Assembly (NCBI GenBank): GCA_951812955.1
Contig: OX638340.1
Location: 448,001-512,000, forward strand
Length of the DNA stretch: 64,000 bases
Source of the DNA: an uncultured Gemmatimonadota bacterium
Lineage (GTDB): Bacteria; JAAXHH01
Direction of reading: 5' to 3'
In this document: piece by piece, positions 55,865-64,000 of the stretch
How positions within the stretch are numbered: position 1 is the stretch's first letter
Layout of the letters: every line of letters begins with the position of its first letter
Position numbers and translations under genes: made by a program
Notes under the pieces: model-generated
What the model was told of the DNA's origin: nothing
What the model saw: the letters and a program-made list of their open reading frames with translations, nothing else
Database searches by the model: none

Positions 55865-56710
55865 TCAACCGGCGATTCGGCAGGCATCCAGGTATAGGTC
55901 CACCGACGCTTTCAGGGTCATCTCCCCGCGCATCACCTGATCTTCATAGGCTCGGTACCAGCCTGGAATCAGCGACCGGGCTTCGCGGAATTCGGCGAGG
56001 ATGAGCCGGGCGAAGTCACCGCTCTCCTCCAGGTACCCGGAATCGTCGAAACACGCGATCGCCCGGGCCCGGTCATAGTCGAGCCGTATGATCTCAGCCT
56101 TCCACGCTCCATCCTCTAATGTCATCTGGGCATAGGCCGCGCGGGGATCGCCGTCGAAAGGCGCGCCTACCGCGCCCACGTTGACGACCAGGGTGCCGTC
56201 CACGTAACGGATCAGGGGCCGGTGCGTGTGTCCCACCAACAGGACCTTCGGCGCGGGAGCGATTTTCTCGCGCAGCGATTCTTCTGTATCATCGGGGAAG
56301 ATGCCCTTGCGGTCTCCCAGCATGGACGCGTGTACCATCCGGATCTCGTTTCCCGATTCGTCTATCATGTCCCACTGGACGGGTAAGTCCTCGAGCGGTT
56401 CGACGAGGCCGTTCAACTGGTCGAATGTCCATTTCGCGTGGCGGGTTATCTCGTATTCCGGGCCGTGTTCGGCCAGGGTCCCCTCAACGTATTTCAGGAC
56501 GTATCTTTCGTGGTTGCCCCGTATGACCGCCCAGTTTTCGGCCCTGGCGCGTCCGAGTACGCTTTCGGTGCAGGCGCGCGGATTCGGGCCCCGGTTGATT
56601 ATGTCGCCCGCGACGAGTACGCGATCGGGGCGCCAGCGATCAATATGGGCGAGGACGGTTTCCAGCGCGTCCAGGTTGCTGTGCACGTCGGCGAATACGG
56701 CGATCTTCAT
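55865..56710 (-). CDS. Metallophosphoesterase (calcineurin-like phosphoesterase family)
   Basis: DVHSN, GDIINRGP and GNHE motifs. Its start ATG overlaps the stop of the upstream gene (ATGA). Confidence 0.85.
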   Translation of the reverse strand: MKIAVFADVHSNLDALETVLAHIDRWRPDRVLVAGDIINRGPNPRACTESVLGRARAENWAVIRGNHERYVLKYVEGTLAEHGPEYEITRHAKWTFDQLNGLVEPLEDLPVQWDMIDESGNEIRMVHASMLGDRKGIFPDDTEESLREKIAPAPKVLLVGHTHRPLIRYVDGTLVVNVGAVGAPFDGDPRAAYAQMTLEDGAWKAEIIRLDYDRARAIACFDDSGYLEESGDFARLILAEFREARSLIPGWYRAYEDQVMRGEMTLKASVDLYLDACRIAG

Positions 56711-58938
56711 GGTGATTTGGGTTTGATTATTTGTTCAGTCGACAGGAATCGACGCAACACGTTGGCTACGATCCTGGATATGTCGTTGCCGCCCTCGTTG
56801 TAAAGCAGGCTGCCGCAGAAGGTAATGGATCCCGTAGAAAAGAGCTGGCTGCCTGTATCCGACTGCTGGTAAACCATGTCCGCCCGAACCAGTCTATCGA
56901 TCGGTTCTCCGGACCAGGTGGTGATGTGGGTAAGCAGTTCCTCCGGAACGGGAATGAAGGACTCGTGATGGTTTTCGGAACTTGCGATGACGCGCGTATT
57001 TTCGGGCGTTCCCAGCCGATGGTCGGCCCGGTCGAGTTCAAATCCGGCCGCCCCGTTGCCGCTGAAACCATAATCACCCACGGTTTCGCCCGTCACGCCC
57101 TCGAAGATCCACGCGGTCTCGGGGTTGGTGCGTGCGTCCGGGCTGATACGGTAGTACGATCCGTGAAAGTTGCCCTGTGCGGAAAACCCCACGGCCGCAA
57201 GCTGCTGCGGGGGACGGCCGTTCCTGCGCCAGAGTCCCCCGTAGCCGCCGTCGAAGGCGTGGTAGTACTCGCCAGGTTCCGCCGCCCAGGCCCGGATGCC
57301 GCCTTCATTGCGCCGGATTTCCAGCGTTCCATTGTCTTCCGGGTGGACGGCGATACGCCAGTAGAATCCGTTGCCGCCCAGGTACATGAAGTGGCCGCCC
57401 CGTTCCCGGTACTGTCGCAATGCGTCGAGCGTGCGGGGCGTATGGTATTCCGGATGTGAACCCGTGGTCACGGCGCTATATTCTTTGATCGCCTCGTAAC
57501 CGTCGTCGTGCAGTTCCTGGTCGGTGACGATGTCGAAGGGGATCCCCATCTTTTCGAGCCACGCGTACAGGTGGGTGTCCGCCTGCAGATGCCGCAGCCC
57601 CGAGCAGTCCCCTTCTGTGGCGCCGAAGGTGATGTAGCCCGGCCGTAGGGAGAAGAGAGGGCGCCTGTGACTGGCATGGCAGATGCCACTCCCGTCGGTG
57701 TGGAAATTGTAGGTTGAAAGCCCGTATTTCCGGTACACCGCGGGATTCCAGGGATAGGCGTTCCATGCGCTGATCCGGTCCAGCCAGGACGGCTCGAAGT
57801 TGGGGCGGGCGTGGTTGCCATAGATGGTATAGGTGAAAGTGGACGCCAGTACGCAGAGATCCGCTGTCGGTCTGCCTCTGGGCGGACAGACATAGAACGG
57901 CATCATGTCCTCGTGCTCACCGCAACGGATACGGGCCGCGTATAGTCCCGACTTCATGCCACTTGGAATCGTGAACGTGAAGTCGGTTTCCCAGCCGAAG
58001 TCGTAGATGTCGTCTTCGTGGAAGTGTATGGCGCCGTACTGGTCCGGCGCGTGCTTCCAGGACATCTCCTCACCGGTCCACGTCGAACCGGTCATGGCAC
58101 GGACAGGCATGTTGACCAGGCGGCCTTGCAGTGACAGGGGGCCGACGTCCACCACCCGGGTCGAACTCGTGTCCCGGGCGAAGTCCCACAGAGCCCAGGC
58201 GCCTCGATGGTCTTTGATGTCGTATTCGTGGTCGTCAGTCTCTTCCACCGGAACGTCTACGAGGGCCGGCGCTTCGATCTTTCCATTGAAATGGCCGCTA
58301 ACGGGATCGCCGTCTACGCCGCCGAATATGATCCGTGCCACGTCGTCGATAGAAACGGACCCGATGGCCGCGACCGTGAAATTGGCCGGTCCAGGCAGCG
58401 CGTCCAGCGCGCGGAATCCCACGCTCACCGTGCCGTTTCCGGCATCGTAACTGGCCCACACCCGGTACCATCGCCTGGCCTTGATCGGCTCGCTTCGGCA
58501 GGTGATGAGGCGCTCCTGGTTTGCCGATAATTGGACTGCAACGGTTAAAGCGGCGCGGTCCAGGCAAAGACTCAGCACCGGCTTCCGTTCGCTGTTGCCG
58601 CAACTTACGATGCCCTGGCGTACTTTTTGAGGGGTCGTCGGCCAGATGGTGGCGGAGATGGAAATGCCATAGTCAGATTGGAAGCGGCCGTCTAGCGGGA
58701 TGACGGCGTGGGAGCCCGGATCGAACGGTTGAGACCTGGAAGGGAATTCGCCGCCGAAGGAAAGGTCCACGTCCTTGATTTGCAGGCCAGGACCAGCCGG
58801 ATTGGGATCGGCGCAGATCACGCGGACGAGACTGGCGTGAAAGGGCTCCCGGGCTTCGCTGCTTACCTTGAAGGCGATTTCGTCGCCGGGCCGGCCGGAC
58901 AACCGGTCGGAGTAGCCCAGTAAAGGAATTTCGTTCAT
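56707..58938 (-). CDS. Large hypothetical protein, possibly N,N-dimethylformamidase beta-subunit-like
   Basis: 743 aa, no TM segment. My tentative recollection is that it resembles the DmfA2-like large-subunit family. Its start overlaps the PhyH stop (TAATG) and its stop overlaps the next start (ATGA). Confidence 0.45.
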   Translation of the reverse strand: MNEIPLLGYSDRLSGRPGDEIAFKVSSEAREPFHASLVRVICADPNPAGPGLQIKDVDLSFGGEFPSRSQPFDPGSHAVIPLDGRFQSDYGISISATIWPTTPQKVRQGIVSCGNSERKPVLSLCLDRAALTVAVQLSANQERLITCRSEPIKARRWYRVWASYDAGNGTVSVGFRALDALPGPANFTVAAIGSVSIDDVARIIFGGVDGDPVSGHFNGKIEAPALVDVPVEETDDHEYDIKDHRGAWALWDFARDTSSTRVVDVGPLSLQGRLVNMPVRAMTGSTWTGEEMSWKHAPDQYGAIHFHEDDIYDFGWETDFTFTIPSGMKSGLYAARIRCGEHEDMMPFYVCPPRGRPTADLCVLASTFTYTIYGNHARPNFEPSWLDRISAWNAYPWNPAVYRKYGLSTYNFHTDGSGICHASHRRPLFSLRPGYITFGATEGDCSGLRHLQADTHLYAWLEKMGIPFDIVTDQELHDDGYEAIKEYSAVTTGSHPEYHTPRTLDALRQYRERGGHFMYLGGNGFYWRIAVHPEDNGTLEIRRNEGGIRAWAAEPGEYYHAFDGGYGGLWRRNGRPPQQLAAVGFSAQGNFHGSYYRISPDARTNPETAWIFEGVTGETVGDYGFSGNGAAGFELDRADHRLGTPENTRVIASSENHHESFIPVPEELLTHITTWSGEPIDRLVRADMVYQQSDTGSQLFSTGSITFCGSLLYNEGGNDISRIVANVLRRFLSTEQIIKPKSP

Positions 58939-59750
58939 TAGCTACCCGGAAGTAGTTCGTCGTCCGGCCGCCGCTCGCGGTAGCCGCAGACCATCAGACC
59001 GGGCCGACCGAAGCTTTGGCCGTATTCCTGCCTGTTATCGGGATTCCGGTAGCCCATGCGAACGAGTCTCCGCGGCCGTTTCGTCTGGTTAATGTAGGAA
59101 CCGTGCACGGTATCGATGCAGAACAGGACCACGTCGCCTGCCCTGGCCGGAACGGGCACCGTGTCTGCCAGATTGTACTCGTTCGTGGGCAGGTGCGGCG
59201 CACAGGGTCCCTCTTCCGTTTCCGTGATGTGCTGGAGATGGCCGGATTTATGAGATCCCGCCAGGAAGCGGATTTCGCCGTTTTCGTGACAGGTATCGTC
59301 CAGGTGCACGAGGACGTCGATGTACCGGCCGTCGTGATGGCCGTAAAAAGGGTTGTCCTGGTGCAGGGGAAATGGATGGCCTGTCTGGGGCGGCTTGATA
59401 TGCAGCGTGGTGTGGTGCAGCTCCACGTTCGGACCCAGCAGCTGCGACAGGGCCTCGACCAGCCGGGGATTGGCTACCGCACGAGACCAGGCCTGGGAAT
59501 AGAAATGGAGGTCGTGCATGGCCGTAAGCTTAGACCTGGCCTCCGTTTCCGGATCCATATACGCCAGGCGCCAGGGACCGTTCCACCCCGGGCTCGTGAA
59601 AGCCCAATCCTCGACGAGCCGGTCCATTTGTGCTGAAAGTTCGGCCGTTTCTTCCGGCGTGAAGATCTCCGGGATGTGGAGAAACCCATTTTCATGGTAG
59701 AACGCGATCCGCTCGTCGCTCAGCACGGTTTGTTCCATGACCATGGTCAT
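58938..59750 (-). CDS. Phytanoyl-CoA dioxygenase (PhyH) family Fe(II)/2-oxoglutarate-dependent oxygenase
   Basis: 270 aa. N-terminal FYHENGFLHIPEIFTPEE. HxD...H facial-triad context (PLHQDNPFY ... FLAGSHK). Typical PhyH length. Confidence 0.85.
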   Translation of the reverse strand: MTMVMEQTVLSDERIAFYHENGFLHIPEIFTPEETAELSAQMDRLVEDWAFTSPGWNGPWRLAYMDPETEARSKLTAMHDLHFYSQAWSRAVANPRLVEALSQLLGPNVELHHTTLHIKPPQTGHPFPLHQDNPFYGHHDGRYIDVLVHLDDTCHENGEIRFLAGSHKSGHLQHITETEEGPCAPHLPTNEYNLADTVPVPARAGDVVLFCIDTVHGSYINQTKRPRRLVRMGYRNPDNRQEYGQSFGRPGLMVCGYRERRPDDELLPGS

Positions 59751-59907
59751 TGCTGATTCTCCTTGTTGGGTTTGCGTGCGGGGAGTTTAAGGCGTTTCCT
59801 TCCCTTCGAATTTAGCAAGTCGGGCACCGGCAGGCAACACCATTTCAACGCGATGCGCAATCGGCTGGTTGGAATTCCTCACGTAGGCTGATCGCCTCAT
59901 CCAAAGA

Positions 59908-60888
59908 TCACGAACGGTACACTTCAGCCAGAAGTTCGTATGACCGCAACCGGGCTTTGAAATCATGGGTGATGGTGACGGCCATGATCTCTTCAGCGCC
60001 GAACTGGTCCGCAAGCCGGTCGATGGTGTCCCGGACCTGCTCCGGACTGCCCACGGCCGCGAGCCGGAACTTGTCGTCGAGGAATGCGCGTTCGGCTTCA
60101 CTGAACTGGTGCTTCTCGGCCTCCTCCACCGTGGGCACGACGTTGCTAGGCTTGCCCGATGCGAAACGGGCGAAGAGCAGATCGCGGCTCAGGGCGAGAC
60201 GTCGGGCTTCCGCCTCGGTGTCGGCGCAGATGACGTTGATCGCAATACAGGTCTTGGCCTGGGGCGACTGGGTGGACGGCTCGAAATATTGGCGATAGAA
60301 TTCCAGGATGCGCGGGTCGATGTTGCTGTTGATGAACAGGGCAAAATTGTAGGGGAGTCCCAGACGGGCCGCCAGCATGGCGCTATCGGGACTGGAACCG
60401 AGCATCCAGACCGGAGGCGGAGACAAGATGGGCGGTGTGACCCGCGGCTCGAAATCCTTGTCTTGCAGGATCTCCACGAGTTCAGCAACCAGATCGGGAA
60501 ACTGATCGAACCGGGGTCCGGCGCCGGGCGACAGCATCCGGGCGGTCTTCATGTCGCCGCCGGGCGCACGGCCGACCCCCAGGTCGACGCGGTCCGGGTA
60601 GAGATTCGTGAGCACGGAGAAGCTTTCGGCGACCTTGAAGGGACTGTAATAGGGCAGCATGACGCCGCCGGACCCGATCCGCATGCCTCCCGTGGCGGCT
60701 CCGATGGCCGCGAGCAACACTTCGGGCGAACTTCCGGCCAGGCAGTGGGCGTTGTGGTGCTCGGACACCCAGAAGCGCTTGTAACCCAGGCGTTCAGCCG
60801 TTCTGGCCAGGGTCAGGGTCTCCTGGAAGGCCTGCACCGCCGTGACGCCTTCCCGCACGGGGGACTGATCGAGTATGGACAGGTTCAT
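59908..60888 (-). CDS. LLM class flavin-dependent oxidoreductase (luciferase-like monooxygenase)
   Basis: 326 aa. N-terminal LARTAERLGYKRFWVSEHH, typical of bacterial luciferase-like proteins. Confidence 0.9.
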   Translation of the reverse strand: MNLSILDQSPVREGVTAVQAFQETLTLARTAERLGYKRFWVSEHHNAHCLAGSSPEVLLAAIGAATGGMRIGSGGVMLPYYSPFKVAESFSVLTNLYPDRVDLGVGRAPGGDMKTARMLSPGAGPRFDQFPDLVAELVEILQDKDFEPRVTPPILSPPPVWMLGSSPDSAMLAARLGLPYNFALFINSNIDPRILEFYRQYFEPSTQSPQAKTCIAINVICADTEAEARRLALSRDLLFARFASGKPSNVVPTVEEAEKHQFSEAERAFLDDKFRLAAVGSPEQVRDTIDRLADQFGAEEIMAVTITHDFKARLRSYELLAEVYRS

Positions 60889-60948
60889 TAATCAGGATTC
60901 CTATTCGTTACCAGGTTCAATTTAAACGGTTAGGTCGGGATCGCCCGA

Positions 60949-62931
60949 CTACCAGCCGTCCACGATATGGCCCGCGCCCGGAAACCAGGCCGCGTCCACC
61001 AGAAAGGTCAGAAAGACGCCGAGGACATAGCCCGCGAGAATGCCAATAAACAGGGGTTGTGCCTTGCGGTACAGCGATACGCCGCCGAGACGCAGGATCA
61101 CCGTCTTGATCAGCCAGACGATCAGAATGGAAAAGAAAGCCATGTCGGCCGCGTAGGTGGTCACGATCCCGAATCCCACGGGATGGAGGGGCCAGAAATG
61201 CAGCCGGTGATGGGCCCAGATCAGGAATCCCGAGATCAAAATCCCGTTCAACACCATGGTCAGCTGAGGTTGTGTCATGGCCTGAGGATTGGTCAGGAAG
61301 GTCTCCAACTGGGCCCAGTATCCGCTCGCGCCGGACTGAAAACCGCCGGCCTGGAGCTGGGACGCGCCCATGTCATACCCCAGGTACAGCGTGTACACGA
61401 TGGCCGTCATGAATCCGATGAAGAGTGAAAGGGCAATGGCGCCGAAAACGCCCCGGCCCACGCCGCCCATGACGTCCCCCACCTTGGCGGCGTGCGCCAT
61501 CGAACACATCCCGAGCGTCCGCCAGTTGCGCGTAAAGGTCTGGCAGAGCCACATCCCCGTGATCGTGCGGGCATTGATGTGCTCCGACCCGACGAACCGG
61601 AACGTGATCTCGTTGGCGCTGTTGTACGGCAGGTCCAGGGACGCCAGGCCGGTCTCGGCCACTACGCGGGTCACGCCGATGTACAGAACCAGCAGCACGA
61701 ACATCATGAGCATCACGACCCAGAGCGTCATGCCCGCGCTCCACAGGAGGAAAACCATGTAAAGCGAACCGCCGGCGAAAGATAGGACGGCCGTGCGATA
61801 GGAAAAGAACTCCCGTGTATCATCGATTTCCGGCGCTTTGCCGAATGCCTTCCGAAACACGTCACGGATATGCCTGCGTGCCATCCACAGACCGAACAGC
61901 ACGAAAATGAAAAAGCCGGACAGATGTTGAAAGTGCATCATCTCGAGAGGACCGGGGACGCCGACCCGCGTCATCACGCCCTGTTGAACGATGCGGATGA
62001 GATAGAACAACCAGACGCTGAGCAGCACCTCCACCCTCGTGAAGTACGCCACCCCGATCAGCAGGAAATTCAGGCGGACCTGGATCGGGTGGAAGGCTTC
62101 ATACAGGGTCAGGGGAAAGGCGTGCCCCGCGCCGAAAGGGATGGCGGGGAACAGATCGAAGAAGCTGAACATATTCCAGGTCATGATAAACAGCGTGATG
62201 CCGAACCCCCACCAGAACAGGCGCACGCGGGCAATCCTCGGGAACAGGGCCGTTTCTTCGGCCCCGTCGACCAGCGTCAATGGCACCTGGGCTAGCGGGA
62301 AGGTCAGCCGTTCGTGTTCCACCCACTGCTTCCGCAGGATGACCATGATAGACGCGCCGACCAGGAAGAGGGCGATGTAGAATGTTATCCACCAGAACAT
62401 GGGCACCCACCAGATTTGCCATCGGATGGTTGTTCCCGAATACACGCCTTCATAGAATTGGTTCAGACCGCCCAGGTTGTCCCGCACGACCAGCCAGGAA
62501 GGAAGGTAGTCGAGGAAAAGTTCCGCCCAGCGGTTTTCGGGGTTGGCGTAGTAGAAAGGACCGCTGATGATCGAGACCGCGTAATTGCTGAAGGCCCATC
62601 CGGGGATGGCGGACGCCGTGAAGACCAGGAAGAAGATCACGATCAGCTCCTGCCGGCTGAATGGACGGCCGTAACCCGCCTTTTTCAATACCGGGTTGAC
62701 CAGGAGTACCATCAGCAGGAAGGGCAGCAGCGCGGCGACGGGCAGGTGGGTGACCGTGATGAAGGATCCGCGCGTGACGAATTCGGAGGAGAGCGACCAG
62801 AGCGTCAGTAGGACGGTGAAGACGCATCCTATGGCCACGGCCCGTAGGGTAAGGCCGGCGGAAACGGGTTGCTTTACAGGCGGAGGCACGGTGGCCTGTC
62901 GGCCGGTCTGGGGCGATGAGACAGTGGGCAT
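60949..62931 (-). CDS. Large polytopic membrane protein of an unrecognised family (paralog of 31785..33770)
   Basis: 660 aa with many TM helices. It shares FYYANPENRWAE, LRKQWVEHERLTFPL, FGLWMARRH, EFFSYRTAV, RVVAETG, LDLPYNS, TRNWRT and WPLHPVG with the first copy. Confidence 0.8.
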   Translation of the reverse strand: MPTVSSPQTGRQATVPPPVKQPVSAGLTLRAVAIGCVFTVLLTLWSLSSEFVTRGSFITVTHLPVAALLPFLLMVLLVNPVLKKAGYGRPFSRQELIVIFFLVFTASAIPGWAFSNYAVSIISGPFYYANPENRWAELFLDYLPSWLVVRDNLGGLNQFYEGVYSGTTIRWQIWWVPMFWWITFYIALFLVGASIMVILRKQWVEHERLTFPLAQVPLTLVDGAEETALFPRIARVRLFWWGFGITLFIMTWNMFSFFDLFPAIPFGAGHAFPLTLYEAFHPIQVRLNFLLIGVAYFTRVEVLLSVWLFYLIRIVQQGVMTRVGVPGPLEMMHFQHLSGFFIFVLFGLWMARRHIRDVFRKAFGKAPEIDDTREFFSYRTAVLSFAGGSLYMVFLLWSAGMTLWVVMLMMFVLLVLYIGVTRVVAETGLASLDLPYNSANEITFRFVGSEHINARTITGMWLCQTFTRNWRTLGMCSMAHAAKVGDVMGGVGRGVFGAIALSLFIGFMTAIVYTLYLGYDMGASQLQAGGFQSGASGYWAQLETFLTNPQAMTQPQLTMVLNGILISGFLIWAHHRLHFWPLHPVGFGIVTTYAADMAFFSILIVWLIKTVILRLGGVSLYRKAQPLFIGILAGYVLGVFLTFLVDAAWFPGAGHIVDGW

Positions 62932-63050
62932 GATGTCAGTGGATTCCAGGAGAGGAGGGGGCTGGACTGCGTCCTACGTTACGCGTCAACTCTAGGCGTA
63001 CGTAAATCAACTGTACTATGTGTTCCCGGGCAGCTCAAGGACATAGGGAA

Positions 63051-63881
63051 TCAACGGTTCTCAACACAGTTCCTGAGCTTTTCCAGACCCTTTTGAGCCG
63101 TGGTTACCGGTCCTTCGGCCCAGTACGCCGGATTGAACAGTTCCAGTGAAAGCATGCCCCGGTAATCCTGCTGTTCCAGGCTGGCCACGATCTCGTCCCA
63201 GGGCGCTTCGCCGTCGCCCGGATAGACCCTGTGCTCGTCCTCGATATCCACGTGGGCGGGTACCGCTGGATAGTCGTTCACGTGGACCAGACCCAGCCGG
63301 CCGGGACCGAGGTAATCCATCCCCCGCTGGTGTCCGCTTCCCTTGTACATGTGGAAGATGTCGGTCAGTAGCCTGGCATCTCGCACGCCGCTTTCCGCGG
63401 CGACGAGAAGGGCTTCGCCGACCGTGCCCAGCGTGCGGGCTATTCCCCAGAATTCCAGCAGGGGTTTCGGGGAGAAATCCGAAACGGCATCCGAAAGTTC
63501 GGCAAATCTCCTGGCGACAGAAAACAGGTCGACCTCCCGGTCGTGGATCCCCTTCGGGGCCGTGGCTACATAGGGGCATTCCAGGTCCTGGGCCATCTTG
63601 AAGCACCGTCTCGCTTCTTCAAGCCCTCTGGCATGGCGGTCGGTTTCGGGAACCGCCCATTCGAAAAATGCGATCAGGTTCACGATACGGATCCCGCGGC
63701 TGTCCGCGCGTTCGCGAATCTGTTCCACCGTTCCGCCTTCTTCGACCCAGGCATCGATTTCCTCTGCCCAGGGTTCAATGCCGTCATACCCGGCATCGGC
63801 CGCGATATCCACGTATTCCAGTACGGAAACTCCGGGCGACCGGATCGTGCTGGTATTGAGGCAGTAGTCAAAACGTCCCAT
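63051..63881 (-). CDS. Sugar phosphate isomerase/epimerase (xylose isomerase-like TIM barrel)
   Basis: 276 aa with a xylose-isomerase-like TIM-barrel pattern (GYDGIEPW, LVHVNDY, SLELFN). Confidence 0.85.
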   Translation of the reverse strand: MGRFDYCLNTSTIRSPGVSVLEYVDIAADAGYDGIEPWAEEIDAWVEEGGTVEQIRERADSRGIRIVNLIAFFEWAVPETDRHARGLEEARRCFKMAQDLECPYVATAPKGIHDREVDLFSVARRFAELSDAVSDFSPKPLLEFWGIARTLGTVGEALLVAAESGVRDARLLTDIFHMYKGSGHQRGMDYLGPGRLGLVHVNDYPAVPAHVDIEDEHRVYPGDGEAPWDEIVASLEQQDYRGMLSLELFNPAYWAEGPVTTAQKGLEKLRNCVENR

Positions 63882-64000
63882 TTGTCACATCCCTTCTGCT
63901 GGGCCGCCGTACCGCCCGTACAGGATCCGGACGGCGCGGTTGTATGGCCATTTTTAAGGCATGCTTCAAGAGTAATAACCAATCATAGATGGCTTTACAA

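Noticed and set aside
1-64000. CRISPR arrays, integrases, transposases, phage genes
   Set aside because: None recognised. All the repeats I found are short intergenic or 5'-coding tandem repeats, not spacer-repeat arrays or IS ends.

Overview
A high-GC (about 63-65%) bacterial chromosomal segment, densely coded and mostly on the minus strand. It has the look of an environmental heterotroph's accessory or catabolic region, but I make no taxon call.

Core content:
- A complete Dpp/Opp-type peptide ABC importer (1279..7662, minus) followed by an SDR and a PhyH-family dioxygenase.
- A divergently transcribed Tat-signal PLP aminotransferase (7829..9079).
- An ECF sigma factor immediately upstream of ftsH (10040..12929).
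- An alanine/glycine:cation symporter (13094..14437).
- A second ABC uptake system lacking ATPases, co-oriented with a Gfo/Idh/MocA oxidoreductase (14649..20341).
- A DsbA-like protein, a DUF2961/GH172-like hydrolase with an MFS transporter, an FMN-dependent alpha-hydroxy-acid dehydrogenase and oligopeptidase A (prlC).
- The futalosine-pathway genes mqnB and mqnD, followed by an M55 D-aminopeptidase.
- An NhaC-family transporter, and three sugar-phosphate isomerase/epimerase (xylose-isomerase-like TIM barrel) genes scattered through the window.
- Two tandem tRNA-Pro genes (52977..53173).

Most notable findings:
1. A UGSC-family selenoprotein (42009..42548) that the ORF track splits at an in-frame TGA. 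The codons right after it read G-S-C, which is the family's signature.
2. A nine-gene co-directional minus-strand array (36370..48990): PQQ-dehydrogenase lipoprotein, DUF1080 (3-keto-disaccharide-hydrolase-like), TonB-dependent receptor, membrane-anchored c-type cytochrome, an unknown protein, the selenoprotein, two amidohydrolases and a Gfo/Idh/MocA oxidoreductase.
3. Two paralogous ~660-aa polytopic membrane proteins of a family I cannot recognise (31785..33770 and 60949..62931), each next to a xylose-isomerase-like TIM-barrel gene.
4. The second paralog heads a translationally coupled cluster (54321..63881): LLM oxidoreductase, PhyH dioxygenase, a 743-aa DMFase-beta-like protein, a metallophosphoesterase and a sulfatase-like enzyme with Thr at the nucleophile position.

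Several tandem repeats and a low-GC frameshifted phosphotransferase remnant are also noted. All functional assignments come from recognising motifs in the translated ORFs; no database search was run.
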